Source of the DNA: Polyangiaceae bacterium
GTDB lineage: Bacteria > Myxococcota_A > Polyangia > Polyangiales > Polyangiaceae
Direction: 5' to 3'
Length of the DNA stretch: 40,133 nucleotides
Assembly: GCA_043736975.1 (NCBI GenBank)
Contig: JAYTBL010000370.1
Coordinates: 1-40,133, forward strand
Positions within the stretch are counted from its first letter, which is position 1. The number at the start of each line of letters is the position of its first letter. A model generated the notes under the pieces. The model had not been told where the DNA came from. It searched no databases and saw only the letters and a program-made list of their open reading frames with translations. Below are positions 18,318-29,600 of the stretch, one piece after another. The translations under genes were made by a program, and so were the position numbers.

Positions 18318-20326
18318 TCGCTGCCAGCGAGCGCCTCGATACGTGCCCGCAGCGCGACGAGGCTCGCGTGCTTGTGGCGGCGCTGACCGAGCAGCTCTTT
18401 GCCCAGCGGAACGTCGATCGCCGTGCGAAGAGCGTGGGCCTCGCCGGCGCGGAGGGCGGTCGCGTAGTCGGCGTTGGTCAGGATGAACGCGTAGGCACTC
18501 CACGCGGCGTCGTCGGTCGACCGCGGGTCCAAGGCGATCGGGAGCCACGCCTCCGCGGCGTCCGGCAGACGTCCGAGGCGCGTGAGGAGCTGCGCCCATC
18601 CGACCCGGTCGGCGAGACGGCGCTGGGGGTCGGCGAACTTATCTTTGCGCATGCGAAGGCTCGGCAGCTCCTCGATGAGCCGGCGCGCGAGCCCCAGGTT
18701 CGGGTCGATGGCCAGCGCCCTCCGCAGCTCGACCTCCGCTTGGTCCAGCTCGACGCGGTGCAGCCAGACGTAGGCAAGCCGCAGGTGAACGCCCGCAGTC
18801 GCGGGGCGCAGCACCAGCAGCTGCTCGTAGCGCGCCGCAGCAAGGTCGTAGGCGCCGATCGTCTCGTAGCAGCTCCCCAGGTTCTCGAGCGCGCGCACGT
18901 GGCGCGCCGTCCCCGTTCGCCCAGTCTGCTCGAGGATGCGCACCACCGACCCGTGGAGACGACACGCGAGCGCGGGGGCGCCGTAGCCCATCGCCACCGA
19001 GGCGAGCCCGCTCCTCGCGCTCGTATTGCGCGGATTCGAGTGCTCCGCAGCGACCACGCGGAAACGAAGCTCGTCGGTGTAGTCGGAGGCGCGACCGTAG
19101 GACACGCCGGCAAAGGTGGCGGTGATCAGGAGCGCCCCCCCCCCCACGACCTTCCGCAGGCGCGGCGAGAGCCGCGACGCCGCGACCGCGCACCCGAGCG
19201 CGACGCCCGCGAGCGGCATGTAGAGGAGCCGATCGGAGGTGATCCCTGCCGCGAGGGCGATCGGAACGATGTGCACGACGAGCCCGAGCGCAGAGGCCGC
19301 GAGGGTGATCGCGACCCCGAGGGCCACCCGCGGCGATCCTTCCGAGCCAGCGACGGGCGCGGACCGGACGGAGAACGAACGGACGATGAACGCCGCCACG
19401 ACGAGGAGGGCAACGCCTCCCGCGGTCGCTCGCGCGAGGTCAGGCTCACCGACGAGCCCGATGCTGGTCGCCGGCTGCCACGCGTCGAGCGCCATCTCCA
19501 GGTAACGCCCCACCGCCTCGAGGACCGTGAGCGCGCGGCGCGGCGCGCCGAGAGGGGTGAGCGCCGGCGTCAGGCCGCGCAGCGCCGAGGCGCGGAGCGC
19601 GAGGTAAGGCGCGATCGCCAACGAGAGCAGGCCGATCCGGGGCGCGGCGTACCGCGCGCGCTCGGATAGCCTCTCACCTGGCGCGGCGAGCCAGGTACCG
19701 GCGGCGATGGCGAGGGCCGCGGCGACCGCGGTCTCCTTCGCGAGCATGGCGAGGAGGAGGGCGAAGAGTGACCCCGTGGCGACGACGGCTCGCCACCACG
19801 CCGCGCGACGCGTGAGCGGCTCGCCCTGACCGAACCAGGGCCACATCGCGACGGCGGCGAGACCAAAGAGCGCGGCGAGCACGTCGGTCCGGCCCGAGAC
19901 CCACGCGACCGCCTCGGTGAGGCGCGGGTGGAGCGCCCAGGCCGCGGCGGCGACGAGGCTGGCCCAGTCCGACGCCCCGAGCCTGCGCGCGACGGCGAGG
20001 AACGCGAGCACCGCGCCGAGGTGGAAGAAGAGATTCGACAGGTGAAACGAGGGTGCGTCGTAGGCGGCGAGCGTGAAGTCGGCCCGCAGAGACAGCACCG
20101 TGAGCGGCCGGTAGTAGGCGGGCCGCGCGTCGATCACGGCATCACTGGGGAGAAACGGGCGCGCCAGGATCTCGCGTAGCGAGCCCCGGGCGACCAGGTC
20201 GTTCGTCTCGACCAACGCATGGTCGTCCCAGACGAAGGCCCCGTGCCGCAGGGCCGGACTGTAGACCGCCGCGATGACCAAGAGCAGCGCGGCGATGCTC
20301 AGGGCGAGCTGCGCGCGCTTCGTCAC
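18314..20326 (-). CDS. GT-C fold membrane glycosyltransferase with TPR repeats (TMTC/protein O-mannosyltransferase-like)
   Basis: FVWDDHALV, YYRPL, FHLSNLFFH, ALHPRLTEAVAWVSGRTDVL and SDRLLYMP. Many TM segments and C-terminal TPR-like helices (ELRRALAIDPN). Confidence 0.8.
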   Translation of the reverse strand: MTKRAQLALSIAALLLVIAAVYSPALRHGAFVWDDHALVETNDLVARGSLREILARPFLPSDAVIDARPAYYRPLTVLSLRADFTLAAYDAPSFHLSNLFFHLGAVLAFLAVARRLGASDWASLVAAAAWALHPRLTEAVAWVSGRTDVLAALFGLAAVAMWPWFGQGEPLTRRAAWWRAVVATGSLFALLLAMLAKETAVAAALAIAAGTWLAAPGERLSERARYAAPRIGLLSLAIAPYLALRASALRGLTPALTPLGAPRRALTVLEAVGRYLEMALDAWQPATSIGLVGEPDLARATAGGVALLVVAAFIVRSFSVRSAPVAGSEGSPRVALGVAITLAASALGLVVHIVPIALAAGITSDRLLYMPLAGVALGCAVAASRLSPRLRKVVGGGALLITATFAGVSYGRASDYTDELRFRVVAAEHSNPRNTSARSGLASVAMGYGAPALACRLHGSVVRILEQTGRTGTARHVRALENLGSCYETIGAYDLAAARYEQLLVLRPATAGVHLRLAYVWLHRVELDQAEVELRRALAIDPNLGLARRLIEELPSLRMRKDKFADPQRRLADRVGWAQLLTRLGRLPDAAEAWLPIALDPRSTDDAAWSAYAFILTNADYATALRAGEAHALRTAIDVPLGKELLGQRRHKHASLVALRARIEALAGSE

Positions 20327-23300
20327 TCAGGGGCTCGCATCGGGCGCCGGCGTGACGTCGCGCCCTCCGTCGCTCGGTGCGGCAGGCGGAGGCGGCGGCG
20401 GGGGCGGGGGCGGGGGTGCGGAGGGAAGGGGTGGCAGGTCGATCGCCGAGCCAAACTTCCCGCTCCACTTCGCCATCCGCGCGACATCGTCGCGCGCCGC
20501 CGCCGCCAGCGGATCGCCGACCGCTTCGTAACACTCGACGCGCAGCTTCGCGAGGACCGCCTGGAAGGGCGCGGGCTCGAGGTCGTGCATCGCTTGGGCG
20601 CAGTGCGTGGGGTCGACGAGCGCGCCGATGCGCGCGCGGATGATGAGGCGTTCCCGCCGATGAGCCTCGGCCGCGAACATCGGGCCCAGGACCTCGAACA
20701 TCCGTGCGGCGATGGCCTTGTCACGTCGCGAGAGGTCGAGCGCGAGCTCCAGCGCCGCGGTCGCGAGCGGAGGCCGGATCCAGGGGTCCGTTCGATGCGC
20801 GACGAAGCCACGCTCGAGCGCGGCTACCGCCTGCCCGACGTCACCGTCGCGCACCGCCCCGAACGCGCCGAGGAACTCGCGTTGTCCCTCGCTGGCGCCG
20901 TTCTGCACGAGCGCAGTGAGCATCGGATCGCGAGGAACGCTCCCTGACATCTCGGTGAGCAGCATCTCCTCGAAGTAGCTCTGCGGCTGCGCCCGCCCCA
21001 GCTTCTGCCAGGCCTTGATGCTGGCGGGAAACCGGCCTGCCGCGTGCTGGTCGAGAAAGGCAGCGAAGGCCTTCTGGCGCGGCGCCTGGAGAGGGGGCGG
21101 CGGATCGAGCGGCCGGCCTGCCGCCGTCTGGAAGAGCCAGCGCTCCTCGATGACTCTCCCGGGGTCGATGGGCTCGCTGGTCCGCGGGCTGGACGCACCG
21201 AGCCGCGCGGCGAAGGCCGAGATCTCCTCGTCGACGACGGCGTGATGCCCGACGCTCCGCGCGTACGCGAACTCGAGCGCGTTCTGATCGTCGGTGTTGA
21301 CGACGCCGAGCTGGTACTTGACCATCGCGTCCGCGAACGCCGGGTTCGCAACGAAGTGCGCGAGGATGCCCTCGACGCTTGCCGTCCGCCACACCGCCTT
21401 GGCAGCAGAGGCGTAGGCCTCCTCCTGGAGGCGGCTGCGCATCTGCGCGATGTCGACGACCGCCTCGTCTTTCTGAGAGACCACGATCAGATCGCCGCCC
21501 ATGGTCCGCCAGATCGAGACCTGCGGAAAGACCTGCTTCAGCGTGACGACCACGGTCGCGACGCACCAGGGATCGACCTCGTAGCCCTGCACCCAGTGGA
21601 GGAACAGGCCGTGCGGATTGAGCCGCTCGGCGGTCGCGCGATAGAACTCCTCGGTGTAGAGGCTGGAGATCCCGGAGCGATAGGGATTCGAGGGCTCGGA
21701 GAAGATGACGTCGTATTTCTCACGCGAGGTGAGGAGGGCCTCGCGCGCATCACCCAGCGCAACATGGACCTTGGGGTTCGAGAGGACCTCGCGATTGACC
21801 GCGTGACAGTCCTTGGCGACCCGGAGGATCGCCGGCTCGAGCTCGATCACGTCGACACGTTCCATCGACGCGATCGACCCGAGCCACCCCGCAGTGGTCC
21901 CGGTCCCCAGCCCGACGACGAGCGCGCGCTTCGGCTGGGGGTGGAGTAGCGCACCCAGCATGCCGCTCATCACCTGCGTCGGACCGTCGCCGATGGCGTG
22001 CCCATCCGACTTTCCGTTGACGATGAACGCGTAGCCGTCCCCGTTGCTGAGCGCGACGCTGCTCTCGAGCCCGTCCGCCTCCCAGGCGACCGAGTCCATG
22101 AACGCGCGCTCGAAGAAGGGGAGCGTCGTCTCGGAGACGTTGGTCACGCGCCCGTCGGCGCGGCCCGCGCCGATCCCCGAGTGGCGCCAGACGCCGGTCG
22201 GCCCGCGGGCGCCGATGAAGACCAGCGCGAGGGACGCGCACGCCAGCGCCGCCAGCCCCGGGCGACGGATCCGCAGACCATGCGCGCGAACCTCGAGGCC
22301 GAGAGCGAGGAGCGCGGTCGCGAGCAGCAGGACGACGACGAGCCTCCAGCAGTTCGGCGCCGACAGCGCAGGGAGCAGCCCGAAGCCGCCCGCGATCGAG
22401 CCCACGATGGCGCCGATGGTGTTGGCCAGGTAGGCCGCCCCGACGTCGCGGCCCACGCTCTTGGCGCCGCGCCCGTAGAGCCCGATCACGATCGGGAACT
22501 GAGCCCCCGAGATGACGGCGGCGGGAAAGACGACGAGCATCGCCACCAGCGTCCACGCGAGAATGCTGGTACCGAAGCCGGCGCTGCACAGCGGACGGAG
22601 GAGCAACGCGAGCTCCGCCACGCGGTCGCCGAGACCGTAGGGAATCGCGATGACGAGCGCCTCCGCCGCGCAGGTGATCGCGAAGAGGGTGAGCGTGGGC
22701 GTGATCTTCGTCCGCGCGTAGAGCGCGCCGCCGACCCCGATGCCTGCCAGCGCGACCGCGAGAATGAGGCCGAACGTGTAGGAGGAGCCGCCGAGGATCG
22801 GTCCGAGCATCCGGTACCAGACGAGCTCCATCAGCATGAAGGTCCCGCCCGAGACGGCGGCGGCCAGCGGTGGAAACCACCGGACCTGCGGCGCCGGCGC
22901 CACAGCGCCCGCGGCTGCGGGCTCCGCCGCGAGGGGAGCCGGCGGCGCCTCCGCGCCCGCGTCGGGCTCGGGCGTCCGCGCGAAGGAGCGCGCCGCCATG
23001 CCGACCAGCGCGTTGACCAGGCAGGCCAGCCAGAGCGTCATCCGCGAGCCGAACACCTCGACCAGCAGGAAATTCGCGGCGATCGCGCCCACCACGGCGC
23101 CGAAGGTGTTCACTCCGTAGAGCAGGGCGACGCGATGACGGCCCGTGTCGGACGCTCGCTCGACGGCGCGCGCCGCCGCGGGCAGGGTGCCCCCCATCAG
23201 GATGGTCGGCCCCGCGAGCACGAGCGACGATAGAAGGAGCCGCATGAAGGTCGCGCCAGTCGTCCCCAGCGTGGTCGCGCCGCCCATGGCGATGTACGCG

Positions 23301-23587
23301 CGCTGCGCGACCAGCACGAGGAGCGGCGTGACGGAAGCGGCGAGCGAGACCGCGAGCTCGAGGTTCGCGTACATCATCAGCGCGTTCTTCGCGCGGTCCG
23401 CGCGGCGCCCGAGGACCATGCCCCCGAGGCCCAGGCCGCCCATGAAGATCGCGAGCACGGCCGCAGAAGCCGCCGTCGAAGCCCCGAACACGAGGCGCAG
23501 CTCGCGAAACCAGGCAGTCTGGTACACGAGCGCGCACGCGCCGGAAGCAAAGAGAAGGCTGGAGACTCGCGCAAGCCGAAAATTCAT
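20327..23587 (-). CDS. Fused membrane (MFS-like)/spermidine synthase-like SAM-binding protein
   Basis: Two repeats of TM blocks (SGACALVYQTAW...LMGGTLP...LYGVNTFGA), then VVGLGTGTT, VIELEPAI, GDAREAL, YDVIFSEPSNP and LYTEEFY. Start at ATG 23587. Confidence 0.85.
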   Translation of the reverse strand: MNFRLARVSSLLFASGACALVYQTAWFRELRLVFGASTAASAAVLAIFMGGLGLGGMVLGRRADRAKNALMMYANLELAVSLAASVTPLLVLVAQRAYIAMGGATTLGTTGATFMRLLLSSLVLAGPTILMGGTLPAAARAVERASDTGRHRVALLYGVNTFGAVVGAIAANFLLVEVFGSRMTLWLACLVNALVGMAARSFARTPEPDAGAEAPPAPLAAEPAAAGAVAPAPQVRWFPPLAAAVSGGTFMLMELVWYRMLGPILGGSSYTFGLILAVALAGIGVGGALYARTKITPTLTLFAITCAAEALVIAIPYGLGDRVAELALLLRPLCSAGFGTSILAWTLVAMLVVFPAAVISGAQFPIVIGLYGRGAKSVGRDVGAAYLANTIGAIVGSIAGGFGLLPALSAPNCWRLVVVLLLATALLALGLEVRAHGLRIRRPGLAALACASLALVFIGARGPTGVWRHSGIGAGRADGRVTNVSETTLPFFERAFMDSVAWEADGLESSVALSNGDGYAFIVNGKSDGHAIGDGPTQVMSGMLGALLHPQPKRALVVGLGTGTTAGWLGSIASMERVDVIELEPAILRVAKDCHAVNREVLSNPKVHVALGDAREALLTSREKYDVIFSEPSNPYRSGISSLYTEEFYRATAERLNPHGLFLHWVQGYEVDPWCVATVVVTLKQVFPQVSIWRTMGGDLIVVSQKDEAVVDIAQMRSRLQEEAYASAAKAVWRTASVEGILAHFVANPAFADAMVKYQLGVVNTDDQNALEFAYARSVGHHAVVDEEISAFAARLGASSPRTSEPIDPGRVIEERWLFQTAAGRPLDPPPPLQAPRQKAFAAFLDQHAAGRFPASIKAWQKLGRAQPQSYFEEMLLTEMSGSVPRDPMLTALVQNGASEGQREFLGAFGAVRDGDVGQAVAALERGFVAHRTDPWIRPPLATAALELALDLSRRDKAIAARMFEVLGPMFAAEAHRRERLIIRARIGALVDPTHCAQAMHDLEPAPFQAVLAKLRVECYEAVGDPLAAAARDDVARMAKWSGKFGSAIDLPPLPSAPPPPPPPPPPPAAPSDGGRDVTPAPDASP

Positions 23588-23630
23588 GAACGCCTCATCG
23601 ACGCCCGCATCCTGCGACGATCGCCAAGAC

Positions 23631-23669
23631 AAACGCAAGAGAGCCCCGAAGCTCGCGCCCCAGGGCTCT
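23631..23669 (-). terminator. Stem-loop downstream of the major pilin (intrinsic terminator or 3' stabiliser)
   Basis: Minus-strand RNA AGAGCCCUGGGGC-GCGA-GCUUCGGGGCUCU forms a 13-bp stem with a GNRA loop, followed by CUUGCGUUU. The three G-U pairs work only on the minus strand. Confidence 0.75.
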
Positions 23670-23693
23670 TTCGCTGACTCGCGCTTCGCGCGT

Positions 23694-24296
23694 CTACTCC
23701 TCGGGGGAGAGCTCTTCGATCGACGGCGAGACGAGGAGGCGAGAGCCGTCCGTGGCCGCGCTTATCAGACCCTTGGTCGTGAAGGTGGAGGGGTTTCCGT
23801 CGCCGTTGAGGTCGCCCTGCGCGGTGGCCGTGAAGTTGGTGCCTTGCTGGGCAAGGTTGCCGGCAACGCTGTCCGAAGTATACGTGTACATGTAGTACTG
23901 CGGGGCGGTCATCTCGAACTTGAGGCAGGGAAAGCCGTTCTGGGCGAGGACGTCAGCCGGCGGCGACCAGTCCGCGTTCTTCGACTGGTACTTTCCACCC
24001 TTGACGCCAAGGAGGGTCGGCGGGACCGGGTTAGCCGCGGGCGGGCAGATCTTCCGCGTGACGGCGGCTGTGAGGCCCACACCGAGAATGTCCGCCTTCA
24101 TGCGCTCGCCCTCGAAGGCCGTCACGGCGTCCTTGCCCATCTGACCGAGAGAGTTCTTCGCCTCGGCCGTCTTGGCGTTCGCGATGTACTTGCGGACGCC
24201 GTAGATGGCGAGAACTGCGAGGACGCCGACGATCGCGACGACGATCATCAGCTCGACGAGCGTGAACCCTGCCTTCAACCGCTTACGAATTCCCAT
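23694..24296 (-). CDS. pilA: Type IV major pilin (probable)
   Basis: KRLKAG|FTLVELMIVVAIVGVLAVLAI, AKTAEAK, a Cys pair and AQGDLNGDG. AAGGAG RBS upstream and a hairpin downstream. Confidence 0.88.
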   Translation of the reverse strand: MGIRKRLKAGFTLVELMIVVAIVGVLAVLAIYGVRKYIANAKTAEAKNSLGQMGKDAVTAFEGERMKADILGVGLTAAVTRKICPPAANPVPPTLLGVKGGKYQSKNADWSPPADVLAQNGFPCLKFEMTAPQYYMYTYTSDSVAGNLAQQGTNFTATAQGDLNGDGNPSTFTTKGLISAATDGSRLLVSPSIEELSPEE

Positions 24297-24390
24297 AACT
24301 GCTTTGCTCCTTGATGCGGCCGTTACATGCCCAATCGCGTGCAGGCCAGGCTCCCGCGGTTGGAAAAAAACTCACCCGTCGCGCGAGCGA

Positions 24391-24960
24391 CTACTCGCCT
24401 TCGTTACGAGCGAAGATCGTGTTCTGGAACGACGTACCGACGAGCTCGGTGAGCACCGCGGGGTCGCCATTGAGATCGGCCTGGGCCGTGATGACGTACC
24501 AGGGGCCGACCGTCGCAGCCGGCATCGTCACCCACGACGCGGGCGGCGCCGCGCCGCCGAGGCCCGCCGTGGTCTTGTAGCCGAACCGCACCGGACCATC
24601 GACGTGGACCGGTAGGGTCTGCCAGGCAGCGCAGATCCCCGTGTTCCAGTCGGTCTTCTCTTGGAGGAGGCCGGGGGATGGGCACCATGGCGCTCCGCCC
24701 AGGTCGGCGTAGATGCCGCGCTCGACCTTGTAGTCCTCCTGCGCGATGCGAATCGCGGAGATCATGTTCTGGGCTTCGGTCACCTTCGCGCTGAGCGTGA
24801 TCTTGCGGTAGCCGACCACCGCGATGACCGCGAGCACCCCGACGATGGCCACCACGATCGACAGCTCGATCAGGGTGAAGCCGCGCGCACGACCTGCGCG
24901 ACGCGCGACGCGCGACGCGCGGAAGACGGCAGAGAGGCGGGAGGTGCGTGCCGTGTCCAC
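24391..24960 (-). CDS. Type IV pilin (second PilA-like)
   Basis: RARG|FTLIELSIVVAIVGVLAVIAVVGYRK, AKVTEA, a Cys pair and AQADLNGD. GTG 24960 was chosen because upstream starts fall inside or beyond the sigma-54 promoter. Confidence 0.85.
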   Translation of the reverse strand: MDTARTSRLSAVFRASRVARRAGRARGFTLIELSIVVAIVGVLAVIAVVGYRKITLSAKVTEAQNMISAIRIAQEDYKVERGIYADLGGAPWCPSPGLLQEKTDWNTGICAAWQTLPVHVDGPVRFGYKTTAGLGGAAPPASWVTMPAATVGPWYVITAQADLNGDPAVLTELVGTSFQNTIFARNEGE

Positions 24961-24970
24961 GCATTCCACA

Positions 24971-24986
24971 AGCAGCGGACGTGCCA
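24971..24986 (-). promoter_or_regulatory. Sigma-54 (-24/-12) promoter for the pilin genes
   Basis: Minus strand TGGCACGTCCGCTGCT has GG-N10-GC spacing and one mismatch to TGGCACG-N4-TTGCW. It lies between pilR and the pilins. Confidence 0.82.
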
Positions 24987-25094
24987 TCGCGGTCTCCACG
25001 ACGAACATTCTGCTCAGCGTACCGGGACCGCACGAAAACGCGAAAAACTGGCTGACGTGTGCACGCATCCCACAAGCGCCCGCGCGCCCGAGCG

Positions 25095-25140
25095 GACAAA
25101 TTTTGTCACCTGAGGGTGGGTCAGGCGGACGAAAATTGCC
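25095..25140. promoter_or_regulatory. Paired palindromic upstream activator sites (candidate PilR binding sites)
   Basis: Perfect palindrome GACAAATTTTGTC (25095-25107) and the related GACGAAAATTGCC (25128-25140), 33 bp apart and 135-180 bp upstream of the predicted +1. Confidence 0.62.
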
Positions 25141-25172
25141 GGTGGCCGCTGTCGGCTGAAGTGAGCTGCGCG

Positions 25173-26600
<1,428 letters not shown>

Positions 26601-26613
26601 CGTTGCGATGCGC

Positions 26614-29600
26614 TCAGTCGCGGAGCTTGGCGGAGACGGCCTTGGTCTCGCCCGCGGCGACCGTGACCGAGACCGACTTCTTCAGCGACTCCTCGGCGTT
26701 GACGAAGAGCACGGTGTGCGTGCCCGCCGAGACCGAGACCTTGACGCGCGGCGTAGGGCCGAGGGGCTTGCCGTCGAGCAGGACCGTCGAGGCAGGACGC
26801 GAGTTGATGTTGAGGAAGGCCTCACCGCCGGCGGCCGCAGGCTCCTTCGGGGTCTTGGGCTCCTTGGGCGTCGGGTCAGCGACGGCAACGGGCTCCTTGG
26901 GCGCAGGCGCCACGAACGTCGGCGGGGGGCGCACCGCGGGGCTCGTGTTCATCGTGGGCATGGCCGGCATCGTGCCGCCCACGGTGCGGGGGCTCAGCGT
27001 GACCACGATCGTCTTCTCGGCCTGGCCGTCGTCGAAGCTGATGGGGCTGGAGTAGTCCTCCATGCCGAGCATCTTGCCCTCGAGCTGCCACTTCTCGTTC
27101 GGGTCGAAATCGATCGCGATCGGGAACTGCGGGACCTCCTTGCGGTTCGTACCGTTGACGAGGTAGACCCTCGCGCCCGGGGTGCCGAGCTGAATGGTGG
27201 CCTTGCCCTTGAGGACCTTGAGGGCCACGCTGCCCAGGTCGGTGAGCTCGTCCTGCTTCACGTCGACCGTCTTCTCGACCGCGGCGTACCGCTCGCTGCC
27301 GAGGATCTTCACCTTGTGCTCGCCGGGCGTCAGGTCGTGCAGCTCCTGCGGGAGGAGGCCGTACTCCTTGCCGTCGACGATGAGCTTCACGCCGTTCTGC
27401 GTGCCGCTGACCTTGATGCCGGTGCCGCCCGAGCGCGCGGCGGAGGAGGGCGAGAGGGCGAAGTCGATCGAAGAGTCCTTGCGCGACTCGACGGTGACGG
27501 CGCGGGCCGCCGGCGGCTCGTAGCCCTGCGCCACGACCTTCACCTGGTGCACGCCCGACTGCACGTCGCGCACGATGCACGGCGCCGAGTCACAGGCCTT
27601 CTTCTCGTCGACGAGGATCTCGATCTTGCTGACCGCGCCGCCCTTCGCGTCCGCGACGTTCACGACGAGCGTGCCGGTGCGCGGCATGAGGAAGAAGCCG
27701 GCGATCGCCATCGCGGCGAACACGCCGACGATGAGCGCGACGACGAGGCCCGCCTTGCCGCCCGAGGACTGGCGCGGGACGACCGCGGTCTGCTCCATCG
27801 CGCGGCTCACCGGCGGCATCTGCGGCATCGGCGGCTGCGAGATCTGCTGGTGGCCCTGCGAGTGGTGCTGCTGCTGCTGCGGGGGCACCGAGTGTGGCCC
27901 CTGCATCTGGGGCATCTGCCCCTGCCCCTGAGGCATCTGCCCCTGCTGCATCGGCGGCATCGAGGGCGGCGGCGCCGAGTTCTGACGCACCGGCATGTGC
28001 ATCGGCGCGGTCGTCGTCTGGCCGGGGGGCGGCGGCGGCGGGATGGGCGCGGTGGTCGTGCTCGGATTGGGGCCGCGCATCGACGTCGGACCGCCCGGAG
28101 GCGGCGGGGGCGCGGAGCGCAGCGACTGCGAGGGCGGCGCGCCGGAGCGGAACTGGCTCGACGGGACGCCGCCGTTGCTCTCACGCGGCTGACCGAGCGC
28201 ACCGAACTGACCCGTGAGCGTGACCGCGGGCGGCGGGGTGCCGGCGGCGGGCGCCTGAGACGGCCGCGGCGAGCTCAGGATGTCGTCCATGCTGGCGTGC
28301 TCGGGGCGCCGCGACTCCGGACCGTTCGCCGGCGCGGAGGGCGCAGCGGCGGCGGCCTCCTGCGCGTCGCGCGTCTCCTTGTCGAAGACGTGCGTCGCCT
28401 CGTCCTCGTCGTCCCAGTCCATGTCGAGCTTGCCGCGCGACTCCTGGTTGCTGGCGTTGGCAGCTGCAGGCGGCGCCGCGGGGGCGGCCGCGTTCGACGC
28501 GGGGGGCGGGGCAGGCGGCGGCGCGGGACGCGTGCTCGCGGGCGGGGGGAAGCCGCTGCCGATCTTCTGCGTGGCCGGAGGCGGCGTGATGTTGCCCGCG
28601 GACGCCAGCGTGGTGGTCGACGGCATCGTCGACTGACTCGGCGCCAACGATGACGCGGCCGATGACCCGGCTGATGACGCGGCGCCGCCGAGGTTGGGAA
28701 GCGAGCCACGGCCCGGAGGCGGCGGCGGCTTCGACGGCGAGGCGGGCGGCTGCGAGACTGCGCGCATCGAGCCCGAGCCCGACGACTGCGAGGGCAGCGG
28801 CGGCGGCACCGAGATGCGACCCGCCGGCACCGAAGCGGACGCTGCGGGCACGGGCGGCGACGATGGCGTGGTCGGAGGCGCGGCCGGGATCCCGTTCTGG
28901 CTCGGCGGCTGCGCCGGTCCGGGGATTCCCATGAGCGTCCGCTTCATGTCAGGACGCGCCTGCATGTTGCCGGACTGCGGCGCAGGCGCAGCGAGGGGAA
29001 GGTTCGATGCAGAGCCGGGGGGCGGCGGCGGTACCGCGGACACGCGGCCCGCGCTCTTCTTTCCGAGGCCCTCGAAGATATCGAGGTCCGAACCGCTCTT
29101 GTTGTCGTCTGACATCCGCGTCTCCTGAGACTCCATGATACTCCCCGTACTTCGATCACCGAACGTCTGGCGCAAGGTCCGCGCGAGGTCCGCGCGAGAG
29201 GCGAGGGGATTTTCTGCGACGAAAAGCGAAGGCGGCGAAGGCGACCTTAGCTCGTCGAGATCCTTCGTGAGCTCGCGCGCCGAACGGTAGCGCTCGCCGG
29301 TGTTCTTTGCGAGCGCCTTCAGCACGATCCGATCGAGGCTCTGGCCGATCTCGGGGCGATGCACGGAGGGTGGTTCCGGGACCTGGTTCTTGATCATGTC
29401 CAGGACCAGGATCTCATTCGAAGAGCTGAAGAGGCGCTTTAGCGTGAGAAGCTCCCACATGCAAATCCCCAGAGAAAACACGTCGGTCCGGGCGTCGACA
29501 TCGCCGCCCGGCCCTCGAAGTTGCTCCGGGCTCAGGTACCCGAGCTTGCCCTTGATCCTCCCCGCGCCCGTCCGACTGAGCTTGCCCCGCGCCTTCGCGA

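Noticed and set aside
24311-24350. Second sigma-54 promoter directly upstream of pilA (CTGCACGCGATTGGGCA)
   Set aside because: It lacks the invariant GG at the correct GG-N10-GC spacing.
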